Origin: the human T2T-CHM13v2.0 reference genome, Homo sapiens
DNA: 64,000 bases
Strand: one strand, 5' to 3'
Assembly (NCBI RefSeq): GCF_009914755.1
Contig: NC_060929.1
In this document: piece after piece, positions 32,626-45,288 of the stretch
Numbering within the stretch: position 1 is the first letter of the stretch
Layout: each line of letters opens with the position of its first letter
Notes under the pieces: model-generated
Database searches by the model: none
The model's input: the letters and a program-made list of their open reading frames with translations, nothing else
What the model was told of the DNA's origin: nothing
Translations under genes and position numbers: made by a program

Positions 32626-32940
32626 AGCATCTCTGTTCAATCAGACATTTAGCATCAAAAACTGTGTTGGTGGGGTTCATTGTAACTTGTTACTTTGCAG
32701 TGTTGTTAATCGTTCAGCATCAGTAAGGCAACATAGCTTGGAGTGGTTCCGTTTCACTGATTGTTGGTAATTATCTCTACTTTTCTGTGCTGGAAAACAC
32801 CCACACAGGAACAGGAGTAGGTGGTACCAAAATCACAATACCAACTGCAGGTCCCTTAGACGTGGTTGCATGTGTGTAGGTCTGGCTCAGATTACAAAGA
32901 AAACACAGGAACCTCAAAAGCTGGTGCCGTGTTCAGTGAA
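32626..32940 (-). pseudogene. Processed pseudogene fragment of HSPA8 (HSC70): 5'UTR plus about the first 78 codons
   Basis: Reverse complement reads ...GCAACC ACG TCT AAG GGA CCT GCA GTT GGT ATT (gt) GAT TTT GGT ACC ACC TAC TCC TGT (TCC TGT) GTG GGT GTT TTC CAG CAC AGA AAA GTA GAG ATA ATT ACC AAC AAT CAG TGA AAC GGA ACC ACT CCA AGC TAT GTT GCC ... ATG AAC CCC ACC AAC ACA GTT TTT GAT GCT AAA TGT CTG ATT. This matches HSC70 [43 protein letters not shown]...MNPTNTVFDAKRLI. ATG>ACG at 32863-32861, frameshifts and a stop; no introns. Confidence 0.9.
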
Positions 32941-33073
32941 ACCTTACATCTGGGGTCTTCTAGTAGCTCTTCTCATTTTAAATGAAGTTATTTATCATCT
33001 AATGCGCTGTAAATAAAAGCTGATTGATCTATAAAATGGTACTATATCTGGGTGTGGCCTTTTGAAGTAAATT

Positions 33074-34343
33074 CAGGTTGAGTATCCCTTATCTAAAATG
33101 CTTGAGATCAGAAGTTTTTCAGACTTTGGGTATTTTCAGAATTTTGAATATTTGTATGTACATAGTAAGATATCTTGGAGATAGGACCCAAGTCTAAACA
33201 TCAAATTTATGATTCATATACATATTATACATATAGCCTGAAGGTAATTTTATTTTTAACATTTTTTTAACTTTTAGGTTCAGGGATACATGTGCAGGTT
33301 TGTTAAATAGGTAAACTGTGTGTCATGAGGTTTTGTTGTATAGATTAATTAATCACCCAGATAATGAGCATGGCACCCAATAGGTAGTTTTTTGATCCTC
33401 ACCTTCCTCTCTCCCTTTACCCATAAATAGGCTCCTGTGTCTGTTGTTCCCTTCTTTGTATCCATATGTACTCAATGCTTAGCTCCCATTTTTAAATGAG
33501 AACATGTGGTATCTCATTTTCTGTTCTGTGTTAGTTTGCTTAGAATAATGGCTTCCAGCTCCATCCACGTTGCTGAAAAGGACATGATCTCATTCTTTTG
33601 ATAGCTGCATAGTATTCCATGGTGTATGTGTACATTTCCTTTATCCAGTCTACTATTGATGGGCATTTGGGTTCATTCCATGTCTTTGCTATTGTAAATA
33701 GTGCTGCGATGAACATAACATGTGCATGTGTCTTCATGGTAGAACAATTTATATTCCTTTGGGTATATACTCAATAATGGGATTACTGGGTTGAATGGTA
33801 ATTCAGCTTTGAGTTCTTTGAGAAGTCACCAAACTGCTTTCCACAGTAGCTGAACTTGTTTACATTCCCACCAACAGTGTGTAAGTGTTCCCTTTTCTGT
33901 GCTACCTCACTAGCATCTATGATTTTTTAACTTTTTAATAATAGCCATTCTGACTGTTGTGAAATGGTATCTTGTTGTGGCTTTGATTTGCATTTATCTA
34001 ATGATTAGTGATGTTGAGCATTTTTTCAAATGCTTTTTGGCCATGTGTATGTCTTCTTTGGAAAAGTGTTTGTTCATGTCCTTTGCTAACTTTTTAATGG
34101 GGTTGTTTTTTGCTTGTTGACTTAAGTTCCTTATAGAGTCTGCATATTAAACCTTTGCTGGATGCATAGTTTGAAAATACTTTGCCCCATTCTATAGGTT
34201 GTCTGTTTACTCTGTTTAACAAAGTTTTTGTACATTGAACCATTAGTAAGCAAAGGTGTCAGGTGTGAAATTTTCCACTTGTGGTGTCTTAGCACTCAAA
34301 AAGTTTCAGATTTTGGATTTTTGGATTAGGGATGCTCAACCTG
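33074..34343 (+). mobile_element. Tigger4b/MER46-type element split by an L1
   Basis: TIRs caggttgagtatccc (33074) and gggatgctcaacctg (34343). Confidence 0.8.
33256..34216 (-). mobile_element. 5'-truncated L1PA (about PA13-16) 3' part
   Basis: 3'UTR and ORF2 C-terminus (33540-33737 MFIAALFTIAKTWNEPKCPS). Confidence 0.9.
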
Positions 34344-35361
34344 TACTAAATATTTTTTCTCCTCTGTCCTAAAATCTACAGCATGCCAACATTTTTTTTT
34401 ACTACTTCTTCCTCTTTGAGCTTTTATTTATTTGGGTCTCAGATAGATAGAATTTGTCATTATTTAGATCCTAAGTTGAATTTTTACCCTAAATAATCGT
34501 ATTTACTATTATCATTGATATTGACAATATTGCCAATTAAGTACTCATAAACTCTAATATGGTACCTAATAGATGTCTAGTGCTCAAATCTTTGCTTTCT
34601 GTTTCCTAATGTGTCAGTTCTTATTACACCTTTTGGTCTTAAGATTCCTTTACAATCTTAAAATTTTTTGAGAGCCCAGCGAACTTTTGTCTACATGGAT
34701 TATAAATATTTACCATATTAAAAATTAAAACTAAAAAATTTAAGATATTTATGCATTCATATAAAGATAATAAACTATTGCATGTTGTATAACTACTCGA
34801 GAAGAATGCCATTGTTTTACATTTTTACAAATCTCTTTAGAATTTGGCTCAATAGAAGACACATGTATTCTCATATCTGCTTCTGCATGCAGTCTATTGC
34901 CACTTGTTTTAGTTGAATTATGTGAAGAAAATCTAGCTAGACATGCAGTCAGAAAAAGGGGATAGTAGTATAATAGCTTTTCAGAATAATTGTGGATATT
35001 TGTCTTTGATAATTACAGCAAAACTTGACAAGCACTAGATTTTAAAGGCTAGTTGCAATGTAGTCTTGACACCTGATACTAACTTTAAATACTCTATTAC
35101 ATTAAAATCCGTGGGTCTGTCTTTGCACTTTGAGTGGTTCATTTACCCATGCATGATTTTTGTAACATCATGCATTAGACATTTGGAAGATATTCGTTTA
35201 CTGAATTATCTAACTCTTCTAAATGTTGACATATTTTATTATGCAGTGTCAAAAAGTATTTGTTAATATCATCACCAGTCACTTAACAAAAGTCATTAAG
35301 TATTGGGAATCTGTAAGCAAAAACAAATTTTACAAACTTCTGACTTTTGCTTGAAAGTTCA

Positions 35362-35472
<111 letters not shown>

Positions 35473-35566
35473 TCAGCTTGTCTGACACTTAAGTAAAAAT
35501 GATGTTCTATGAAAAAAGAAGCTAATGCAGCTCACAATTCAAATAATAACCAAGATGCTTTTACTC

Positions 35567-35855
35567 GGCCAGCATGGTGGCTCACGCCTGTAATCTCAGC
35601 ACTTTGAGAGTCTGGGGTGGGTGGATCACCTGAGGTCAGGAGTTTGAGACCAGCATGACCAACATGGTGAAACCCCTTCTCTACTAAAAATACAAAATTA
35701 GCCAGGCATAGTGGTGCATGCCTGTAATCCCAGCTATTTAGGAGGCTGAGGTTGCTTGAACCTGGGGGGCAGAGGTTGCAGTGAGCCAAGATCGTGCCAT
35801 TGCACTCCAGTCTGGGCAACAAGAGCGTAACTGTCTCAAAAAAAAAAAAAAAAAA
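35567..35855 (+). mobile_element. AluS
   Basis: Full dimer with poly-A; TSD-like aagatgcttttactc / aagattttttactc. Confidence 0.95.
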
Positions 35856-36179
35856 AAGATTTTTTACTCAAAATAACCATTATGCTTTGGTATACAGCTG
35901 AAATGCTTTATGGGTACTTCCCATTTCTGTCACATGCATTATTAAAAGGGCAAAAACAATAAAAATAAAAATTAATATTTTTCCAGATTGATTAAGGATA
36001 TTCTTAATAGCAATGAGCTTTTCTTTTTTTCCCATAAGTGAGTATAATGACTCAGTAAAGTCTGGCCCGCTGCCTTGATTCACACTAAGGCACTAGCAAT
36101 TTAACCCACTATTACTTCCACACCATCAGTACAATTGCCAACACAGTGAAAAGGGCAAATAACATCTCAGTATATTATT

Positions 36180-36311
36180 TTGTTGTTTTTATTTTGTTTT
36201 TTGTTAGAAACAGGGTCTTGCTATGTTGCCTAGGCTGGAATCAAATTTCTGAACTTATAGCCTCAGCCTCCAGAATAGCTGAGATCACAGGCACATGTCA
36301 CTGTCCCCAGC
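36180..36311 (-). mobile_element. FLAM-type Alu monomer
   Basis: agaaacagggtcttgctatgttgcctaggctgg...gcctcagcctccagaatagctgagatcacaggcacatg. Confidence 0.75.
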
Positions 36312-36951
36312 TTTTAGTATTATTATGAGAATACTTTTGCCCTCATTAATCCTCTGAAAGGGTCTTTTTGCTCTCAGGAGTCTGTGAATCACACTTAAGA
36401 ATTGTTATCCTAAAGGACCCATTAAATATTTATCTCCTACAAATACCCTATCATTTTATTTTGCTAAAGAGGAATATGATTTAATAAACTCACACCAAGA
36501 TACTGCAGAAAGTGAGATGTCCCTTTCTGGAAATGTTTGTACTGCAGAAGAGGCTTAATTGCAGAGGACAATGTGTGGTCTGAGTGAATATTTATTCATC
36601 CATGCATAATTTGTTGAGAACGTACTATGGTGTTGTAATGCACTCTGATATTTAGGGTTTAAGGTAGTGACATTTTTGTGAAATTGTCCCTGCATTCTTC
36701 AGATTGCAACAGATACAAGACTTTGGATATGCTATAGCTTAGGTCACTTATTTTTAACCATTAAACTAGAAATAAAAATATATAAATCAAACACATTTAG
36801 TACTTAACCTAATATAATCTTTAAGAGTCTTGAATATATGAAATATAATTGTGTTGATGGAGAAGGCAATTTGAATGCTTATCCTTTACTTCTGTGGTAT
36901 ATTTCTGTAATCCAAGAGAATATTGTTGTTTATTAATTTTGCACTGAAATA

Positions 36952-37237
36952 CAGATATGTCCCTCAATGTCCAAGGGGGATGCGTCCAGCGACCCTTCAC
37001 ACCCCCTGGCAAATACTAAAATCCACACATACTCAATTCCTACAGTAGGCCCTGTTGGGACCCAGATATATGAAAAGTCAGCCCTTCATATCCACAGGTT
37101 TTACTTCTCACAAATACTGCATTTTAGATTCATGTTTGATGGCAGATGCAGAACCTGCAGACATGGAGGGCCAACTATATTTATTGAAAAAAATCCACAT
37201 ATAAGTGGACCCACCCAGTTCAAACCCATGTCAACTA
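36952..37237 (+). mobile_element. MER2B/MER8-like (Tigger2 family) element
   Basis: aaaatccacacatactcaa...gaaaagtcagccct...aaaaatccacatataagtggacccac.cagttcaaaccc..gtcaact. Confidence 0.7.
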
Positions 37238-37279
37238 TATATATGTGTGTGCGTGTGTGTGTGTGTACACACACATATA

Positions 37280-37635
37280 CAGGCATACCTCAGAGCTATT
37301 GGTTTGGTTCCAGACCATCACAGTAAAGCAAATATCACAATAAAATGAGTTGCATGAGTTTTTTTGTTTCCCAGTGCATATAAAAAGTTATGTTTATACT
37401 GTTCTGTAGTCTATTAAGTGTGCAATAGTATTATGTGTAAAAAATGTATGTCTTAGTTTAAAAGTACTTTATTGCTAAAAAAATACTGATAGATATTAAA
37501 TGAGCACATGCTATTAGGAGAAGTGATGCCAACAGACTTGTTTGTCACAGGGTTGCTACAAACCTATAATTTGTTATTTTTAAAGCAATATCTGCAAAAT
37601 GCAATAAAGCCAAGCATGATCAAGTGAGGTGTATA
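37280..37635 (-). mobile_element. Internally deleted Tigger1 (both ends, about 350 bp)
   Basis: Starts caggcatacctcagag...ggttccagacca; joins directly to the opposite end (cagggttgc.acaaacct...gcaataaagc). Reverse complement of the two ends of the 22985-25338 copy. Confidence 0.75.
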
Positions 37636-37718
37636 TATATGTATATTTATATATACATATATACACATACATATATATACACATATATATACATATTTAT
37701 ACACACACACACACACAC

Positions 37719-37752
<34 letters not shown>
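37630..37752. repeat. Compound (TA)n/(CA)n microsatellite
   Basis: Directly visible. Confidence 0.95.
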
Positions 37753-37756
<4 letters not shown>

Positions 37757-38647
37757 GTCCTGCCTTATCCACAGAGGATATGGTCCAAGACCCCCCAGTG
37801 GATGCCTGAAGCAGCAGGTAGTACCAAACCCTATATATATATATGTTTACACACATATGCTCCTCAATTTTCTATGGGTTTTTGTCCTGATAAACCCATT
37901 TTAAATTGAAAAATGTAAGTTAAAAATGCATTTAATACACCTAACTTACCAAAAAAGTGTTGCTTAGCCTAGCCTACCTTAAATGTGCTCAGAACGTTTC
38001 CATTAGTACATTTGCCCACAGTTGGGCAAAATCTTCTAACACAAAGCCTGTTTTATAATAAAGTATTGACTATCTCATGTAATTTATTAAACACTGCACT
38101 GAAAGTAAAAAACAGAATGGATCAATGGGTGCTCAAAGTATGGTTTCTACTGAATGCATATAATTTTCACACCATCCTAAGTTGAACCATTTTAAAATGG
38201 GCACCATCTGTGTTATGTGTACTGTATGTGTACTATATGTTTTTTTCTATATATACAACCTGTGATAAAGTTTAACTTAAAAATTAGTCACAGTAAGAGA
38301 TTAACAATAAAAAATAGAACAATTAACTATATTCTGTAATAAAAGTTATGTGAATGTGTTCTCCCTCTTCTCTCTCAAAATATTTTATTATACCATACTC
38401 GCCAATCTGATAACTGAGACATGTATGAAATAACTAACAGGTGGTAGTATATACAAAGTGGATATACTGAACAAAGAAATGATTCACATCCTGTGTAGGA
38501 TGGCAAAATATTTCATCATGCTACCTAGAATGGCACACAATTTAAAACTTATGAATTGCTTATTTCTGGAGTTTTCCATTTAATATTTTCAGGTAAATGG
38601 TAAATGAAACTACAGAAAGTGAAACCACAAATAAGGGGGAACTATTA
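37752..38647 (-). mobile_element. MER44 (Tigger7-derived), split by MER47A
   Basis: TIRs cagtagtcc...ccttatc / ataagggggaactatt; reverse complement similarity to 19862-20724. Confidence 0.8.
37854..38210 (+). mobile_element. MER47A nested in MER44
   Basis: Colinear with 27660-28011 (gcatttaatacacctaac...gcttagcctagcctaccttaaa...accatctg). Confidence 0.8.
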
Positions 38648-39026
38648 TATACACACATACATACATATATAAAATAAGACTAGGTGAAAATTTTCATTTA
38701 CTTTATACATACTTTTTTAGACAATTTTTAGTGAAAGCAAAGTGATACTTATTCTGTTTCTTTTCAGCTGATAGTTAAAAGTGGGATTATAGAAAAGGGT
38801 ATATTTTTAAAATAATAAATGTATCATACTGCTGGAACACAGCAATATACCATCAGTTGAACAGACTCAGGAATTTCTAGGCAGTAAAAAACAATTGGAT
38901 TTGCATTTATTTAGAAAATGAAGCAAATTGATTTTTTAAATGCCCAAGAAAAAACAAACTGATATGGAATTGAGAGTTCTCATCAGAGACCTGGAATAAT
39001 TTCAAGATCAAAAATCAATTAGGATG

Positions 39027-39293
39027 CATGACATTACGCATTTGACAAAACTCATAGAATTGTGCAAAAAAAGAGTAAGCCCTAATGTAAACTGTGGACT
39101 TCAGTTGTCAATAATGTATTAAAGTTCGTTCATCATTTGTAACAAATGTACCACACTAATGCAAGATGTTAATAATAGGCAAAACTCTGTGTGTGTGCAT
39201 GTGCGTGTGTAGAGAAAGTATATGGAAATTCTCTGTACTTTCTGCACAATTTTTCTGTGAACCTAAAACTGTTGTTTAAAAAAAAAAAAAAAA
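39027..39293 (+). mobile_element. L1MC-type 3' end
   Basis: ccctaatgtaaactgtggactt...gtaacaaatgtaccacactaatgcaagatgttaataatagg...tttttctgtgaacctaaaactg, then poly-A. Confidence 0.8.
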
Positions 39294-40093
39294 ACTTTGT
39301 ATCTATAAAAAGGTTACCTTGAGGTTGAGTCCTCGGCCACATGCTTGTGAAGCATATACCACAATAAAGGATCCTAACCACATTTTTGACAATAAAGATT
39401 ATTCTTTATTTCATTTAAAAAAATAATTTCTATAGAAGACACCACTGGGAAAATTGGTAAAATTTGATGTACTATACATTATACTATTGTGTTAATGTTT
39501 AATTTGCTGATTTTGATTATTGTGATATGCAGTGTGATTATATGAAATAATATGAATGAGAAAGAGAATATGATAAAGGCAAATGTTAACAATTGATGAA
39601 CCTAAGTCTAAGGTAGAGTTATTTATACTATTCTTTGTGCCTTTTCTATAAACTTGAAATTATTTAGAAATGCACTTTTTAAAAAATTTAAAATACAAAT
39701 GTTTTTCAAAGTCTAGAGCTTTCCTACTCCCATTGGGTGGGCTGGCTGAGGTCATAAGTACATCATGTACCCTGTGAGCAATGCAGAATATATGATTTAA
39801 GCTCCTGAGAGTATTATCTGGCTGAGGAAGAAGTGTTCCCTTTTAATAGGTGAGTGAGGAGTGGCATACAAGTTATAGGGATGCCTGCGGCCTTTTATTA
39901 TGAAAACAAACTAGCAGCAGTCAAAACAAAACAAATATTTTGTACAGTTGAATCTTTATTTTTACAAGATTTGGCAGGTGCCATAAGATCTAGAACAGTG
40001 GGACTTTGGGGGAACTTTGTATTCATTAAAATGATCTGAACATTGTTTAAAAAAGTCAGCCAGGTAGCAGGAATTATAGGTCATGATATGAAT

Positions 40094-40268
40094 CAGTTTT
40101 CAAAGTGTGAACCAACAGCATCAGCATTACCTGGGAACCTATTAAAAATGCAAATTCTCAGGCCCCATCCCAGATCTACTGAAGCAGAAACTCTAGGGAT
40201 GGGCCCAGCATTAATTTAACAAGCTCTCCAGCTGATTTTGATAGGCAGTAAAGGTTTAGAGCCACAGG
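40094..40268 (+). mobile_element. MER5A (hAT-Charlie)
   Basis: cagcatcagcattacctggga...aaatgcaaattctcaggccccatcccagatctactgaa.cagaaactct. Confidence 0.8.
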
Positions 40269-40859
40269 TGTGAACATTATAATTGTTACTAGATAACCTG
40301 CTAAATTGTTGGCCTAGTCTTGATCCTGCCCTTCCACTTCCCATGTAAAGAAAAGCTAGCTTTGACATTTACACTCTGACAACACCATGGGAACTCCTTC
40401 CTAAATTCAAGGACATGCCTGGTTCTTGGAGCTGGAGGGAGAAGCAGAGTCTGGAAATAGATTGATGGTGGGCATGGAAAGGCAGTTCTCATGAGTGAAG
40501 TAAGTCCTTCACTCCCTAGGAAAACATTCTATATTTTAGCAATTGTGAGAATCCTCAGCCTGTATGCTTGCTTCCCACTATATACACAAAAGGTACATGT
40601 TTATTGACATACTTCGTTCATTTAGGATTTGCAGTCAATTTCTCTATTCAGAGTAGTGATCTCTTGCAGAAAAAGACCTACACAAGTGAGGGAATCTGTG
40701 TCAGCTAACTATACTAATAAACCTAATCCCTTGTATATAAAAATAAAGCAAATATTGTCAGACTTTTGAGGAATATCAATAATGTAAAAGAAGAAACAAC
40801 CTGACACAAGGAAAAACAGATCCAGAAAACAAAAGGGATATTATAAATGGTCTAATTAA

Positions 40860-41163
<304 letters not shown>

Positions 41164-41164
41164 T

Positions 41165-42703
41165 TATGAATGGGCAAAAGCTGGAAGCATTCCATTTGAA
41201 AACCAGCACAAGACAAGGATGCCCTCCTCTCACCACTCCTATTCAACATAGTATTGGAAGTTCTGGCCAGGGCAATCAGGCAAGAGGAAAAAAAAAGGGT
41301 GGGGGGTATGCAGATAGGAAGAGAGGAAATCAAATTGTCGCTGTTGCAGATGACATGATTCTATATTTAGAAATCCCCATAGTCTCAGCCCAAAACCTCC
41401 TTAAGCTGATAAGCAACTTCAGCAGACTCTCAGTATACAAAATCAATGTGCAAAAATCACAAGCATTCCTATACACCAGCAATAGACAAACAGCCAAATC
41501 ATGAATGAACCCCCATTCACAGTTGGTATAAAGAGAATAAAATACCTAGGAATACAGCTAACAAGGGATGTAAAGGACCTCTTCAAGGAGAACTACAAAC
41601 CACTGCTCAAGGAAATAAGAGGACACAAATAAGTAGAAAAACGTTTCATCCTCGTGGATAGGAAGAATCAGTATCATGAAAATGGCCATACTGCCCAAAG
41701 TAATTTATAGATTCAATGCTATTCTCAAACTACTATGGACATTTTTCACAGAATTAGAAAAAACTACTTTAAATTTCATAAGGAACCAAAAAAGGGCCCG
41801 TATAGCCAAGACAATCCTAAGCAAAAAGAAGAAGGCTGGAGGCATCATGCTTCTTGACTTCAAACTATACTACAAGGCTACAGTAACCAAAACAGCATGA
41901 TACTAGTACCCAAACAGACATATAGACCAATGGAACAGAGACCTCAGAAATAACACCACACATCTACAACCATCTGATCTTCGACAAACCTGATAAAAAC
42001 AAGCAATGGGGAAAGGATTCCCTGTTTAATAAATGGTGCTTAGAAAACTGGCTAGCCATATGCAGAAAACAAACTGGACTCCTTCCTTACACCTTATATA
42101 AAAATTAACTCAAGGTGGATTAAAGACTTAAATGTAAAACCCAAAACCACAAAAACCCTAGAAGAAAACCTAGGCAATACCATTCAGGACATAGGCATGG
42201 GCAAAGATTTAATTATGAAAACGCCAAAAGCAATTGCGACAAAGGCTAAAATTGATAAATAGGATCTAATTAAGCTAACAAGCTTCTGCATAGCAAAAGA
42301 AACTATAATCAGAGTAAACAGGCAAGCTACAAAATGGGAGAAAATTTTTTCAATCTACCCATCTGACTATGGTCTAGTATCCAGAATCTATAAGAAACTT
42401 AAATTTAAAGAAAAAAACAACCCCATCAAAAAGTGGGGAAAGGGTATGAACAGATACTTCTCACAATTTTATGCAGCCAACAAACATATGAAAAAAAGCT
42501 CAACATCACTGATCATTAGAGAAATGCAAATCAAAACTACAATGAGATACCATCTCATGCCAGTCAGAATGGCGATTATTAAAAAGTCAAGAAACAATAG
42601 ATGCTGGTGGGGCTGTGGAGAAATAGGAATGCTTTTACACTGTTGGTGTATATGTGTGTATATATGTATACACGTATATATATATATAACGGAATATATA
42701 TAT

Positions 42704-42744
<41 letters not shown>

Positions 42745-43087
42745 ACGGAATACCATTCAGCCAATAAAAGGAATGAAATAATGGCATTCTCAGCAACCTG
42801 GATGGAACTAGAGACCATTATTCTAAGTGAAGTAACTCAGGAATGGAAAACCAAACATTGTATGTTCTCACTCATAAGTGGGAGCTTAAGCTATGAGGAT
42901 GCAAAGCATAAGAATGACACAATGGACTTTGGGGACCCAGGGGGAAAGGGGGAAGGGAGTGAGGGATAAAACTGGGTTCAGTGTATACTGCTCAGGTGAT
43001 GGGTGCACCAAAATCTCACACATCACTACTAAACAACTTATTCATGTAACCAAAACCACCTGTTCCCCCAAAACCTATGAAAATAAA
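41165..43087 (+). mobile_element. L1: L1PA7/8-like ORF2 (41165-42648) joined through a (TA/TG)n tract to an L1PB-like 3' end (42744-43087)
   Basis: ORF pieces [22 protein letters not shown] and [11 protein letters not shown]. The 3' end gaagtaactcaggaatggaaaaccaaaca...gggtgcaccaaaatctcaca...ccacctgttcccc resembles L1PB. Confidence 0.88.
42649..42743. repeat. (TA)n/(TG)n compound microsatellite
   Basis: Includes about 18 perfect GT units. Confidence 0.95.
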
Positions 43088-43361
43088 GAACAAAATAAAA
43101 ACAAAGAGGACAATAAGGAATATGAAAAAGCATTGTTAAATAAGCCAAAGAATGAAAATAAGCAGAAGAATAAAATATAGTTAAAATGCATAGATTAACA
43201 GTTTTAAGGAACATGCTCCTGACAAGTAGGGGCAGAAGGCAGTCTTTGTGTTTGGAGTTGAGAATATAATGTCTTGTTCAGAAGGGGGAGATTACAGATA
43301 CTGAACTTCAACTATTTTTGTTAACACTTAAGATTAATCTTAAGAATACAAATAGGATATA

Positions 43362-43657
43362 GGCTGGGTGTGGTGTCTCACAGCCTGTAATCCCAGCACT
43401 TTGGGGGCCAAGGCATGTGGATCACTTGAGCCCAGGAGTTCAAGACCAGCCTGGCCAACATGATGAAACCCTGTCTCTACTAAAAATACAAAGAATAGTC
43501 GGGCACCATGCCGCATGCCTGTAATCCCAACTACTTGGGAGGCTGAGGCAGGACAATCACTTGAACCCAGGAAGCAGAGGCTCTGTGCAGAGATCACACC
43601 ACTGTACTCCAGCCTGGACGACAGAGTAAGACTCGGTGTCAAAATAATAATAATAAT
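43362..43657 (+). mobile_element. Alu (S/J) with (AAT)n tail
   Basis: Full dimer; TSD-like aatag(g/a)atata. Confidence 0.93.
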
Positions 43658-43998
43658 AATAGAATATAATAACAGTAAACACTTATAGTATGTTTTATAT
43701 TATAAGCACTGTTTTAAATGCTTGGTTTGAGAAAAACATTCTCAAGGCTTTAGCAAAAACTACAGAACCTGTAGAGAAAGAGCAGAAGGGATGGGGGAGG
43801 GTAGAGAAGTATGGCCGTGGCTAACATTTTTTGATAATTAATTACTATGTGCCAGGTGCCATACTAAATGTATTAAGTGGATTACCCCATTTAATCCTCA
43901 CAGCAATTTCACAAATGAGGAAGTTGTGAGTTACAGGAATTCTGCTAACAAACCTTCTACTATTAATACTAACCTCTGAGCTGCCTCTTTCCTAACTA

Positions 43999-44660
43999 CA
44001 GTAAATCCTCATTTATTTTGCTTAAAGTCACCATTTCCAAGAACCTACTGGTGATGTTTTAGGTGGATGCAAAGGTAATTGCAGTTTAGTAGCAAAGACC
44101 GCAATTACTTTTGCACCAATCTACTATCAGTGACTTCAGGCGAAATAACACCACCAATTTTACCATAGGCTAATTGATATAAATAAAGAGTTCAATTTTT
44201 ACAGCCTATTTCTGATCACAAAAGCATCACCAAACTTCTAAAGACCAAAACACTTCTAATATTAAACACTGAAATAAATGTGAGCTATACATACATACAT
44301 TTACAAAAGATGAATAAAACAAGATAATTACTGGAGCTTCTCCTGGCAGCTCAGGGTACAAGGCAGGAACCAGGCCTGGATGGGACACCATCCCACCACA
44401 GGGCACACTCACACACACCAACACTCACCCCAACTGGGACCATTTAGACACACCAGTGCACCTAACATGCACATCTTTGGGATATGAGAGGAAACTGGAT
44501 TACCCAGAGAAAACCCCCACAAACGTGGGGACAACATGCAAACTCTGCACAGACAGAAACTCCACACAGACAGCAGCCCCAGCTGGAAATCGGTTTTTTT
44601 TCTCATCATCGTTATAACAAGACAATGTTGAATGAAATGACATTATTCAAGAACCTGCTG
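43999..44660 (-). mobile_element. MER6-family TcMar-Tigger element
   Basis: Ends cagtaaatcctca... and ...gacattattcaagaacctgctg|ta; internal gctcagggtacaaggcaggaacca.cctggat.ggac.ccatccca.cacagggcacactcacacaca. Confidence 0.7.
44059..44123. mobile_element. MADE1 (Hsmar1 MITE), internally shortened palindrome
   Basis: ttaggtggatgcaaaggtaattgcagttt...aaagaccgcaattacttttgcaccaatcta, the Hsmar1 TIR pair. Confidence 0.85.
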
Positions 44661-45288
44661 TATCTTTTTCCTAACAATTCCATTTGGGAGGGGAGAGAGG
44701 CTCATCATGTTTCCCCATAGCAAGGCTAATCCCATAATTACTCTCAGTTTCTTTGCTTTGCTTTCCTCCTGACACCCCTTAGGCTTTGGCTCTTTCTTTG
44801 AGGTCCAGGAAGACACAAAATATAGAATAGAGAATGTTCCACACGCAGTATGAGAATGAAGTATGACGTCTTCTGCCTTCACTTTTCATCATGCATGGAT
44901 GCTCATATTAAAACTCTATAACCTTGTGACAACCAGTTTATTTGCTGTGGTAGGAATGGGGTAGATAGAGAATCTACATAATTCTGGGACTGGTACACCT
45001 AACACCTATCTAGTGTTGATTAAGCCAAAATACAGGTATACTTAATAGGTTTAGGTATATTTTAGCACTTAGCACTATGTCACAATACTAAAAAGAAAAA
45101 TAGGCTTCTGGGTTTTCATGTATATTTTTAGTTTCTTGACTTTGAAAGGTAGCATTTCTGGCACTTTGAATATGCCACAGTTTATATGCTTCTCAAATAT
45201 TTTTGTTCATTTTAACAAAATATAAAGGCTATCTTAAGGAAACCAATCTCATACTAAATTAAGAAAAAAGTTTTCTTATGTTTTGCAG

